24,000 nucleotides of DNA from an uncultured Clostridia bacterium (GCA_947586185.1 CANPXN010000011.1:1-24000), one strand, 5' to 3'. Counted from the stretch's first letter, positions 1-7,561 are shown. Notes: generated by a model not told the origin, from the letters alone. Numbers and translations are program-made.

Positions 1-180
1 CACCAGCTTCGCCACACATTCACGAGCAATCTGCTCAGGGGCGGGGCAGCGCCGAAGGATGTGCAGGAGCTTCTCGGGCACGCCGATGTCAGTACCACAA
101 TGAACATTTACGCTCACGCTACAAGGGAAGCGAAGCGCACTTCCGCAAGGCTGCTGGATAAGGTAGTCGGCGGAGATTAA
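1..180 (+). CDS. Tyrosine recombinase (phage-integrase family), C-terminal end; 5' part lies outside the window
   Basis: Frame 1 is open from base 1: [59 protein letters not shown], stop TAA 178-180. H-x-x-R (HQLR), LLGH and the Tyr in NIYAH form the C-terminal catalytic signature of tyrosine recombinases. Absent from the ORF track because it is edge-truncated. Visibly GC-richer than the rest of the window. Confidence 0.85.
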   Translation, partial: HQLRHTFTSNLLRGGAAPKDVQELLGHADVSTTMNIYAHATREAKRTSARLLDKVVGGD

Positions 181-185
181 AAAAC

Positions 186-225
186 TTTCCCTTGTTTCGG
201 CTCGTAAGGGCAAAAACAAGGGAAA
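186..225. terminator. Perfect 12-bp hairpin between the convergent integrase and replication-relaxation genes
   Basis: TTTCCCTTGTTT (186-197) and AAACAAGGGAAA (214-225) are exact reverse complements. An A-run precedes it on the + strand, which gives a T-run after it on the - strand. Confidence 0.55.
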
Positions 226-287
226 ATACATAAGGCTGGAACACAAAACAGGCGAAACGCCTTGAAAATACAGCATTTTTAGAGGGT

Positions 288-803
288 TTAACAGATAAAT
301 TCAAATTTGTCGTTATACCAATCAGCTTTGCTTTTTTGCTTCATCAGGTGGACGAAGCCGACCTTATGGCACTTATGGAGGACGGGCAGACACAGGAGCC
401 GCCCGCCGTCTGCATTTAACAAGCGGTTATTTGCTTTTTTAGTAAGTTCGACTTCCACACAATTGGTAAGTTCGTCTTTTGTAAAAATAAAATCGGCTCT
501 GTGCTTGCGTATTCCAAACCCGTCTGACTGGTGCAATTGCTTTTCCGTCGTGATGTCCTGCAAGGACAAGTTTTCTTTGTGCATGAAATAAATTGCCGTG
601 TCTAAAACTGTTCTGTCATGTACGATTTGCTCAATCTTGACTTTTTCTATCCTCGTTCCGACCTGTATTAACGATTTGCCTTTTGCTGTCAGAAAATAAA
701 TACTTGGTACGCCGTATAAATATTTTTTGCGTTCCATATATCCTGCGTCTATTAAAATTTTTAGTCTTCTGTCTGTGGCTCTTTGTCCAGAAAAGCCTGC
801 TAA
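288..803 (-). pseudogene. Replication-relaxation family protein, apparently decayed
   Basis: ORF 288-737 (GVPSIYFLTAKG, VHDRTVLDTAIYF, HRADFIF, VEVELTKK) resembles replication-relaxation proteins of Firmicutes ICEs and plasmids. The same frame continues upstream of the annotated Met as LAGFSGQRATDRRLKILIDAGY but is closed by a stop at 804-806. Further N-terminal-like sequence (LFFNCRRERAEVSTFDD) sits in another frame. Confidence 0.45.
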
Positions 804-1271
804 TCATCGAATGTGCTTACTTCCGCACGCTCTCTTCGACAATTGAAAAACAGCGTATTTGCAGGGCTTTTTCCGTTTTCCTGTCTATTTTTATTTTTAT
901 TCAGTGTCTTTTATGATTAGTACACTTTTGTCATGGGTTGGTGGAACAGGTGAAAATAAGTATGAATTGACTTTTTTATAAAAAATTTGAATAAAAGACA
1001 AGCGGTATTACATAACAATACAACAGAGAATGGGGGAGTTGTATTGTCAAGAAAACAAATTATAAATGGGAAAAATATATTTCAAAGTAAAAATGAAAAG
1101 GAACGTTCTAAAAATTACACAAATAAATGGATAAATATTATTAACAAAAATGAAGCTGATAAAATTAACAAAAGTTTAAATAGCTCTCTTTACAAATCGG
1201 CTCAAATGTAGTATTATTAGTGCATACGAACCGATTTGTTTTTATCAAATCTGAAAAGAGGAGATGAAACA

Positions 1272-2825
1272 ATGAAGGTAGCAATTTATTGCCGTCTGTC
1301 TGAGGAAGATAAAAATAAGCTTTCAAAAGAAGACGACAGCGAAAGCATTCAAAATCAAAAATCTATGTTAATCGAATTTGCTGTACAAAAGGAGTGGGAA
1401 ATTTACAATATTTACAGTGATGATGATTATACGGGTGCTGACAGAAACCGCCCCGCATTTAATCAGCTTTTAAAAGATGCCGAAAATCACAAGTTTGATA
1501 TTGTGCTGTGTAAAACACAATCAAGATTTACAAGGGAACTGGAGATTGTCGAAAAGTACATACATGGATTATTTCCCATATGGAATATCCGTTTTGTTAG
1601 CATTGTAGACAATGCAGATACAGAAAATAAGGGAAACAAAAAAGCTCGTCAGATAAACGGACTTATAAACGAATGGTACTTGGAAGATATGTCGGACAAC
1701 ATTAAAAGCGTTCTGACAAATAAAAGACGAAATGGCGTACATATCGGAGCATTTGCATTATATGGCTATCAGAAAGACCCTAATAAAAAAGGTCATCTGA
1801 TAATTGATGAAGAGGCGGCACAAGTAGTTCGTGAAGTTTTTACTCTGTTTTCACAGGGAATGGGGAAAAGTGCAATTGCAAGGCACTTAAATGAAAAGGG
1901 AATACCTAACCCCACGGAGTACAAGCGTTTACACGGACTGCGATATAAACCTCCTGTTACAAAGCAAAGCACACTTTGGAGATATTTTGCTGTTGCAGAT
2001 ATGCTTGTTAATGAAATTTATATCGGAAACATGATTCAAGGTAAATACGGAAGTATTTCTTACAAGAGCAAGAAGAACAAGCCTATCCCAAAGGAACAAT
2101 GGATTAGAGTAGAGGGAACGCATGAACCGATTATTGATATGGATTTATGGAATACGGTTCAAGAAATGATTAAGCAAAAAGCAAAACCCTTTTCTAATGG
2201 TGAAATTGGAATTTTTGCAAAAAAAGTAAGGTGTATGCATTGCGGTTATGTTATGCGTTCAACGAAATCTCACGAAAGACGTTATCTGAAATGTGCAACA
2301 AAAAATGCCTGCAAAAACGCTTGCATTGGTTCTTTTATTTCCGTTTCTGTTTTGGAAGAATACGTTTTGTCGGAATTGAAAAAGCTTTCTGCAAAGTATC
2401 TTAACATGGATGAACTTGAAAAAAATGTTGTTTTCAATCAAAAGCTTGACGAGAAAAAACAACAGCTTGAAGTTCAGCTTAAAGAATATCAAACAAAATT
2501 GATTAATTGTTCAACAGGTATAAAAACGCTGTATCTCGACAAAGTTAAGGGTATCATAACAGAAGATGATTTTATTCAGTTGTCTGCCGATTTGCATAAG
2601 GATAAAAACACTTTTGAAAAAATGATAAGTGAATTGTCCGCACAAATTACAGAAATTGAAATGAAACAAACAAATACGGCAAGCAACAAAGAACAGCTTG
2701 AACAATATTTGTCTTTGGAACATCTGACACATGATATTGTCAATCAGTTAATTGATTATATCAACGTTGGAAAGCGTGACCCCGAAACAAAGGAAATACC
2801 TATTGAAATCAACTGGAAATTTTAA
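1272..2825 (+). CDS. Large serine recombinase (integrase of phage/ICE/skin-element type)
   Basis: MKVAIYCRLSEED carries the catalytic Ser. Also present: the resolvase N-domain (DRNRPAFNQLL, DIVLCKTQSRFTRE), a recombinase domain (LYGYQKD, IIDEEAAQVVREVF), a Cys cluster CMHCGY...CATKNACKNAC and a long C-terminal coiled coil. I moved the start to ATG 1272, 8 nt after GAGGAG (1258-1263). Confidence 0.95.
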   Translation: MKVAIYCRLSEEDKNKLSKEDDSESIQNQKSMLIEFAVQKEWEIYNIYSDDDYTGADRNRPAFNQLLKDAENHKFDIVLCKTQSRFTRELEIVEKYIHGLFPIWNIRFVSIVDNADTENKGNKKARQINGLINEWYLEDMSDNIKSVLTNKRRNGVHIGAFALYGYQKDPNKKGHLIIDEEAAQVVREVFTLFSQGMGKSAIARHLNEKGIPNPTEYKRLHGLRYKPPVTKQSTLWRYFAVADMLVNEIYIGNMIQGKYGSISYKSKKNKPIPKEQWIRVEGTHEPIIDMDLWNTVQEMIKQKAKPFSNGEIGIFAKKVRCMHCGYVMRSTKSHERRYLKCATKNACKNACIGSFISVSVLEEYVLSELKKLSAKYLNMDELEKNVVFNQKLDEKKQQLEVQLKEYQTKLINCSTGIKTLYLDKVKGIITEDDFIQLSADLHKDKNTFEKMISELSAQITEIEMKQTNTASNKEQLEQYLSLEHLTHDIVNQLIDYINVGKRDPETKEIPIEINWKF

Positions 2826-2842
2826 TTTTTAATTGCTTATGG

Positions 2843-2992
2843 CGGATTGCCGCAGAACAAAAAGCAAGAACAACTTATGACAATATTCTCAGAATGGCTG
2901 ATGATCCGGATGTGAGGGACGCCATAAAGTTCTTGCGTGCAAGAGAGATCGTGCATTTTCAGAGGTTCGGCGAAGCAAAACAAACAAAGTGA
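2843..2992 (+). pseudogene. 3' fragment (49 codons) of a manganese catalase / CotJC-family gene
   Basis: Translates as RIAAEQKARTTYDNILRMADDPDVRDAIKFLRAREIVHFQRFGEAKQTK*. The string IAAEQKAR...DDPDV...FLR.REIVHFQRFGEA matches the conserved C-terminus of Mn-catalase/CotJC proteins as I remember it. There is no upstream coding continuation or start, and the fragment is GC-richer than its flanks. Confidence 0.7.
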
Positions 2993-3412
2993 AGTAATAT
3001 GGGATTGACAGTGCAATTTGTTTTCTGAATTAATTTTTGTATATGTATAAAGATTAACTGAGGAAATATGTTTATTAATTTTCAAGCAACACAGTCATTT
3101 CATTTAATACCGAACTTATGTTCTAAATCCTCAAACATTAAGAAAACGCAGAAAAAACCTAGACTTTCTAGCAATTATTACATTGTTAAATATTTATCAA
3201 ACTTTCATAAACAACACCAACTAACACCAGTAAATTCAATGCTTTTCTCCGAATTTGATAATGCCTATCAAATTAGTAGGTATTATCTGCATAAAAAGCA
3301 CTATAAAATATTAAAGAAACGGCTATTTTACGTGGTTTACGGTATATTATCCGAATAAATCCACGCTATATAGCCGTTTTTGTTCACTTTAGATTGATAA
3401 AATATAATGTTT

Positions 3413-3434
3413 GCCTTGATTTTTCAAGGCTTTT
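3413..3434 (+). terminator. Rho-independent terminator-like hairpin
   Basis: GCCTTGA (3413-3419) / TCAAGGC (3424-3430), 4-nt loop, followed by TTTT. Confidence 0.45.
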
Positions 3435-3495
3435 CAGCGTTTTCATTTTTGCAATCGCTCCATATATCTCGAAACACTGTCCGAATGCCTGATAT

Positions 3496-4059
3496 TTACT
3501 TATTTTTATTCTCCTGCTCCTTAATTAGCTTATCAAGAGTGGGACGTGATATGCCTAACAACTTTGAAAACTCAGTCTTATTAATTTCTCTGTGAATGTA
3601 CTGTTGATACAGTCCGTCAAACCTATCAGATGAAAATGGCTTGCGTCCTTTGTACTTGCCGTTACGCTTTGCTATCGCTATGCCCTCTCTCTGACGTTCA
3701 AGTAAATTAGTACGCTCAAACTCATTAATAGCTGCTATCATTGTAAGCATAAGTTTCCCCGTAGGTGTGGAACTGTCAATGCTCTCTTTGTTGCTTACAA
3801 GGTGTATTCCTTTTGTCTGGAGCATTTCAACAATATTAAGTAAATCCTTTGTACTTCTTGCAAGCCTTGAAAAGTCATGTATATATATTGTATCACCTTC
3901 ACGTGCAAAGTCAAGCATTTGTCTGAGCTGTGGTCGGTTAGTATCTTTGCCGGAAACTTTCTCAGTAAACCACTTTTCAATATCATATTTTTCAAGGTTG
4001 CCAATTTGTCTTGCTTCATTCTGTTCTATGGTCGATACTCTTACATAAGCAATTTTCAT
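3496..4059 (-). CDS. Small serine recombinase (resolvase/invertase family)
   Basis: MKIAYVRVSTIEQNEARQ carries the catalytic Ser. DTIYIHDFSRLARS is present, with a C-terminal HTH (KTEFSKLLGISRPTLDKLIKE). GGAGG lies upstream of the ATG. Confidence 0.95.
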   Translation of the reverse strand: MKIAYVRVSTIEQNEARQIGNLEKYDIEKWFTEKVSGKDTNRPQLRQMLDFAREGDTIYIHDFSRLARSTKDLLNIVEMLQTKGIHLVSNKESIDSSTPTGKLMLTMIAAINEFERTNLLERQREGIAIAKRNGKYKGRKPFSSDRFDGLYQQYIHREINKTEFSKLLGISRPTLDKLIKEQENKNK

Positions 4060-4076
4060 TTGCGTGACCTCCTATA

Positions 4077-4196
4077 TTGTAAATTTAGGGTACACCCTAT
4101 TTTAATAGATTATATTTGCCGTTAAAATGTAAAAATAGAATTGCATTTTATATTCTTTTACAACTTGTAAATCACGTTATGAATCTATTTTTACAA
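4077..4196. promoter_or_regulatory. res/operator-like repeats upstream of the resolvase gene
   Basis: 14-bp palindrome TAGGGTACACCCTA (4086-4099). Four copies of TTGTAAA/TTTACAA (4077-4083, 4157-4163, 4165-4171, 4190-4196), including the dyad TTTACAA-C-TTGTAAA. Confidence 0.35.
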
Positions 4197-4276
4197 TTAG
4201 CTATATAGCATAACCGCCCCACTATTGCAGAGCGGTTACACTGCCTTATACATTAACATTCAAGTAAGTTATGTTG

Positions 4277-4474
4277 TTAATCATATTTCCCGAACAGTAC
4301 AGCCAGACCTATAGAAACAAGGAACAATGCAACAGTAGCATCATAACAGCCATTGTTTTTACTGACTATAGCAGACAGAACGCCTAAAGCAATAAGTACA
4401 ATTCCGGCAACTCTGACTTTTACCGATTCAGGAATTAAAGGCTTTTTGGTTTTATTGATTTTGTATGTAACCAT
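4277..4474 (-). CDS. Small membrane protein (two hydrophobic helices)
   Basis: MVTYKINKTKKPLIPESVKVRVAGIVLIALGVLSAIV...VALFLVSIGLAVLFGKYD. I moved the start to ATG 4474, which follows GGAGA. Confidence 0.55.
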   Translation of the reverse strand: MVTYKINKTKKPLIPESVKVRVAGIVLIALGVLSAIVSKNNGCYDATVALFLVSIGLAVLFGKYD

Positions 4475-4580
4475 TTTTGTTGTCTCCATTTTAATATTCC
4501 GCTGTAATGGAGTTATGAATCGTTACCCCATTCAATAATATCTATGTTAAACGCAGTCTTTATGTAAACTGCGGGGATTG

Positions 4581-4859
4581 TTATATTTCTGATTTATGGA
4601 TATTGTTTTGAAGCATTAAGTTAAATACAAATTTTACCCCTGTTTCAAAGCCTATTTGTTGAACGGCTTCCAATCCGTCACAGTATGCCCGACAAAGTTC
4701 ATTGTCAATTTGTCTTATAGTATCTTCTGAAACAAATGGTTTGAGAGTTGATATTAATTTTTCTGTTGTTATATCAAACTGAAAATTTGCTTTGTTGCAT
4801 TCATCAGAACCAATACAATTAAAATTCATTGACTTAAAAATTTCCTTATAAGTGTTCAT
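4581..4859 (-). CDS. Hypothetical protein
   Basis: 92-aa ORF with GGAGG 9 nt upstream of the ATG. Same strand as its neighbours. Confidence 0.6.
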   Translation of the reverse strand: MNTYKEIFKSMNFNCIGSDECNKANFQFDITTEKLISTLKPFVSEDTIRQIDNELCRAYCDGLEAVQQIGFETGVKFVFNLMLQNNIHKSEI

Positions 4860-4884
4860 TTGCTTTATACCTCCATAGATTCAT

Positions 4885-5313
4885 TTAATAATTTTCATTG
4901 CTCACACCGAAAAGAACTATCCTATTTTCCGCTTGTACAAGACTACTGAATAACTCTGTATCAATGCTGTCATTCACAAGCAAATTACTGTCTGTAACAA
5001 GATTACACTTTCCGTTGTAATCATTAACCGGATAATAAGAGATAAGGAGTTTATTATTAAGCCCGACTCTTTCCAATGTCAGATAATAATGTCCTTCTTC
5101 TTTCAGTGGATTGCTGTTTGCCAAAACATGAGCCTTTTTAAGCTTTACAAAAGCATCAATAAAGCTATATGCCATTTCCCTTGGGACAACAAGCGTAATC
5201 TTTTTGTGAAGAATAACGCCGGTATCTACAATAAAGAAGATTGTTTCCGGTGTTGCATCTATGAAATAGAATATGTCATAGTTGCCCTCTAATGTGACTT
5301 TTTCAATATTCAT
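4885..5313 (-). CDS. Hypothetical protein
   Basis: 142-aa ORF with GGAGG (complement of 5325-5329) upstream. No motif recognised. Confidence 0.7.
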   Translation of the reverse strand: MNIEKVTLEGNYDIFYFIDATPETIFFIVDTGVILHKKITLVVPREMAYSFIDAFVKLKKAHVLANSNPLKEEGHYYLTLERVGLNNKLLISYYPVNDYNGKCNLVTDSNLLVNDSIDTELFSSLVQAENRIVLFGVSNENY

Positions 5314-5347
5314 TTTCTTATGACCTCCTAAATACTTTTAAATCACC

Positions 5348-5377
5348 TTGACAATAAAAGGCGGTCAGTGATATAAT
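5348..5377 (+). promoter_or_regulatory. Consensus sigma-A promoter pointing against the leftward operon
   Basis: TTGACA (5348-5353), 18-nt spacer, TGaTATAAT (5369-5377). Confidence 0.55.
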
Positions 5378-5383
5378 ATATAT

Positions 5384-5453
5384 GTAACCGCCCTTGATGG
5401 TTGGGTGTTGCGTTGCCCTTATGCTTGTTGGTAGCTTGCACAAGGGCTTTTTC
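5384..5453 (+). ncRNA. Candidate ~70-nt antisense sRNA (oop-like)
   Basis: Bounded by the promoter at 5348-5377 and a + strand terminator: GCCCTTATGC (5415-5424) / GCACAAGGGC (5438-5447), one mismatch, then TTTTT (5448-5452). No SD-preceded ORF inside. Confidence 0.45.
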
Positions 5454-5729
5454 TTATGCGATTGAAAAACGCTTGCTTGTGGTTTGTTTGATGTACTGCT
5501 CGTAAAGATCGGAGTGTGTTTTCTTGAATGCAGTGCTATCAAAGCGATTAGTGGTAACGGTTTTGTAACGCACCTTGAAGCAGGATACGATCATTTCTTC
5601 AACGCCTTGTGCTGTCATTTCTGCTTTGACCTCATCTTTAACGGATTCCATTTCGGCTGTAAGTTCTTCAATCATAGCCTGTAACGTTTTGATGTGTTCA
5701 ACTTTTGCTGTGATTTCCTGTGTACTCAT
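5454..5729 (-). CDS. Conserved small coiled-coil protein of Firmicutes mobile elements (function unknown)
   Basis: MSTQEITAKVEHIKTLQAMIEELTAEMESVKDEVKAEM...FKVRYKTVTTNRFDSTAFKK. I moved the start to ATG 5729, which follows GAGG. Confidence 0.75.
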   Translation of the reverse strand: MSTQEITAKVEHIKTLQAMIEELTAEMESVKDEVKAEMTAQGVEEMIVSCFKVRYKTVTTNRFDSTAFKKTHSDLYEQYIKQTTSKRFSIA

Positions 5730-5833
5730 AATAAAGTACCTCACTTTCTTAATATTAATGTATAAGGCTTTTGCCTTTGGAATAGGGCTGATTGGCTCAA
5801 CCCTTTAGAAGCCTTTAGCACTAAATATCACTT

Positions 5834-6010
5834 TTATGTATTATGGTAGCCTTTAGGCTCCTCGCCTCTTTTCCTTAATTCCTCACGCATAGCCTCAACA
5901 GATACGCTTGCAGGTGTACCCATATTACAGCTAACTTGCATCCATATATAATTCTTTAATTGCTCAGTTGTCCATTTTGCTGCTTTGTCTAATTCCCATT
6001 GATGAATCAT
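5834..6010 (-). CDS. 58-aa hypothetical protein, first gene of the leftward operon (below the ORF-track cutoff)
   Basis: My own translation: MIHQWELDKAAKWTTEQLKNYIWMQVSCNMGTPASVSVEAMREELRKRGEEPKGYHNT*. GGAGG (complement of 6021-6025) lies upstream, and the gene sits directly downstream of the leftward consensus promoter. Confidence 0.55.
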   Translation of the reverse strand: MIHQWELDKAAKWTTEQLKNYIWMQVSCNMGTPASVSVEAMREELRKRGEEPKGYHNT

Positions 6011-6061
6011 AATAAAATTACCTCCGTTTTGGTTTTGTGGTTTTCGTTTGTTTCTGTTTAT

Positions 6062-6090
6062 ATTATAGCACTAGAATCTAGTGCAGTCAA
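6062..6090 (-). promoter_or_regulatory. Leftward consensus promoter with an operator filling its spacer
   Basis: On the - strand: TTGACT (6090-6085), 17-nt spacer, TATAAT (6067-6062). The spacer is exactly operator site 1 (6068-6084). Confidence 0.7.
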
Positions 6091-6152
6091 TATGTAATAA
6101 TACACAAGATTATAGTGCCATATTTGTGCAAATTCACACTTTATTCTAGTGT
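6068..6152. promoter_or_regulatory. Operator array 1: three 17-bp dyads
   Basis: GCACTAGAATCTAGTGC (6068-6084), ACACAAGATTATAGTGC (6102-6118), ACACTTTATTCTAGTGT (6136-6152). Start-to-start spacing is 34 and 34 bp. A rightward extended -10, TGaTATAAT (6161-6169), follows site 3. Confidence 0.7.
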
Positions 6153-6200
6153 AAATAATATGATATAATATGTATAAATAAAGACTATGGAGGTATTATC

Positions 6201-6416
6201 ATGTCAATAGAATATAAAATAGACATTCTCAAAGCGTTAAAAGAAGCTGGGTACTCGTCTACCAGACTACGAAAAGAAAAGATTATCGGAGAAGCAACAA
6301 TCCAGAGATTAAGACATAAACAAAGTGTGTCATTCGACGTATTATCTAAAATATGTGATTTATTAAAGTGTCAAATTGAAGATATACTAGTATATAAAAG
6401 CAATAACACACTATAA
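6201..6416 (+). CDS. Cro/XRE-like small HTH regulator
   Basis: 71 aa. The region GYSSTRLRKEKIIGEATIQRLRHKQSVSFDVLSKICDLLKCQIEDIL resembles the short Cro/C1-type HTH proteins. GGAGG lies upstream. Divergent from the leftward operon. Confidence 0.85.
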   Translation: MSIEYKIDILKALKEAGYSSTRLRKEKIIGEATIQRLRHKQSVSFDVLSKICDLLKCQIEDILVYKSNNTL

Positions 6417-6491
6417 CCTAGTGTTAAAATTAACAAATAGTACACTTGGATATTGTGTAATATGTCAATTGACTACACTGGAAGATAGTGT
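6408..6491. promoter_or_regulatory. Operator array 2: three 17-bp dyads
   Basis: ACACTATAACCTAGTGT (6408-6424, overlaps the HTH gene stop), ACACTTGGATATTGTGT (6442-6458), ACACTGGAAGATAGTGT (6475-6491). Spacing is 34 and 33 bp. Confidence 0.7.
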
Positions 6492-6497
6492 TATAAT
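6469..6497 (+). promoter_or_regulatory. Rightward consensus promoter with an operator filling its spacer
   Basis: TTGACT (6469-6474), 17-nt spacer equal to operator site 6 (6475-6491), TATAAT (6492-6497). Confidence 0.7.
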
Positions 6498-6553
6498 ATA
6501 ATCAAGATAAAACAAAAAAACAAGCAACAGCTTGAAAGAAAGGTCTTGATTAT

Positions 6554-7051
6554 ATGTTAAAATGGTTTAAGGAATGCGCAAATGTTGAGGAAGCCAAAGA
6601 GTTATATAAAAAGCTTTGTAGAAAGCATCATCCTGATATCTCAGGCTATGACAGCACAAGCACAATGCAGGAAATAAACGCAGAGTTTAAAGAAGCGTTC
6701 AACACTTTAAAGAACAAGCACAGAGCCAACAGCAAGGAGCAGGAAAATAACAACACAGCAGCAGAAACGCCGGAAGAATTTATGGATATTATTAACGCTC
6801 TGATTAACTGTGAAGGTCTTGAGATTCAGCTTGTAGGCTGCTGGATATGGCTGCAAGGCAATACTTACCCGTATAAAGATATAATCAAATCTTTGGGGTT
6901 TAAGTGGGCATCAAGGAAAAAGGCATGGTATTTCAGACGTGAAGAAGATGCTTGCAGAAACAGAAAGAACATGAGCCTTGACGAAATCAAGAGCAAGTAT
7001 GGCTGTAAAACATTCGGCACTGCTTCAATGCCAAAGTTGGTAACAGTATGA
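6554..7051 (+). CDS. J-domain (DnaJ-like co-chaperone) protein
   Basis: The N-terminus EEAKELYKKLCRKHHPDISG...EINAEFKEAFNTLKN contains the HPD tripeptide in a J-domain helix II/III context. The C-terminal half (GCWIWLQGNTYPYKDIIKSLGFKWASRKKAWYF) is not recognised. Confidence 0.8.
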   Translation: MLKWFKECANVEEAKELYKKLCRKHHPDISGYDSTSTMQEINAEFKEAFNTLKNKHRANSKEQENNNTAAETPEEFMDIINALINCEGLEIQLVGCWIWLQGNTYPYKDIIKSLGFKWASRKKAWYFRREEDACRNRKNMSLDEIKSKYGCKTFGTASMPKLVTV

Positions 7052-7070
7052 ACATAACGATAATATAAAA

Positions 7071-7107
7071 AGGGATTGCAAAAAAGAAATTGCAGTCCCT
7101 TGTTTTT
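7071..7107. terminator. Bidirectional rho-independent terminator
   Basis: AGGGATTGCA (7071-7080) / TGCAGTCCCT (7091-7100), one G-U pair. T-run at 7101-7107, A-run before the stem. Confidence 0.7.
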
Positions 7108-7506
7108 CACCTATATTATAGCTTTTAAACGCTCTGCAGTGCGCTGTAAGCCGTTCTAACGCTTTAATGGTAAAACTATACTATTAAAATTACAGTGGCT
7201 TATATAGCTTGCTAGTGCCTTTAAATCGCATTGCCGTTAAATTAAAGATAACATATAGTATATTATTCAATAATCATAATGCGATATAACGCTATCAGGA
7301 TGTATTGTAAGCCGTCTTGTAACAGTTGTGATATAAATTTACCCTGTTCACCTTGCCACCCTCAGAATGCCTATATGTTTGTATCAGGAGCAGGAGAGCA
7401 TGACGGGGGGTAGTTTACATTTTAAAAACCTGCTAATACTGTCTATATGGCTATAGTTGTTCCATTCTACTCTCGGCTGATTTTTTCACCACCGAAGCGA
7501 AAAATC

Positions 7507-7535
7507 TTGACAAAGGATATTCACAATGATACAAT
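7507..7535 (+). promoter_or_regulatory. Consensus promoter of the nuclease gene
   Basis: TTGACA (7507-7512), 17-nt spacer, TGaTACAAT (7527-7535). Confidence 0.65.
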
Positions 7536-7561
7536 AAATAAAAAAGTATTTGGGTGAAAGC

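Noticed and set aside
119-591. ORFs 119-304 (-) and 307-591 (+)
   Set aside because: The first is antisense to the integrase end and the terminator. The second is antisense to the replication-relaxation remnant. Neither has an RBS or any motif.
987-1211. 74-aa ORF upstream of the serine recombinase
   Set aside because: It has a TTG start, an Asn/Lys-rich low-complexity translation typical of an AT-rich spacer, and no RBS.
3252-3274. Palindrome AATTTGATA-ATGCC-TATCAAATT as a hix/gix-like inversion site for the adjacent invertase-family recombinase
   Set aside because: The half-site orientation is opposite to hix (TTATCAAAA outermost). No second copy was found in the window to bound an invertible segment.
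3068-3358. 96-aa ORF downstream of the catalase fragment
   Set aside because: It gives a low-complexity AT-rich translation with no RBS. The region is better explained as intergenic DNA with a long hairpin (AAACGGCTAT/ATAGCCGTTT, about 3317-3378).
5397-5465. 22-codon hydrophobic ORF (MVGCCVALMLVGSLHKGFFLCD) in the candidate sRNA
   Set aside because: It has no Shine-Dalgarno sequence and runs past the terminator.
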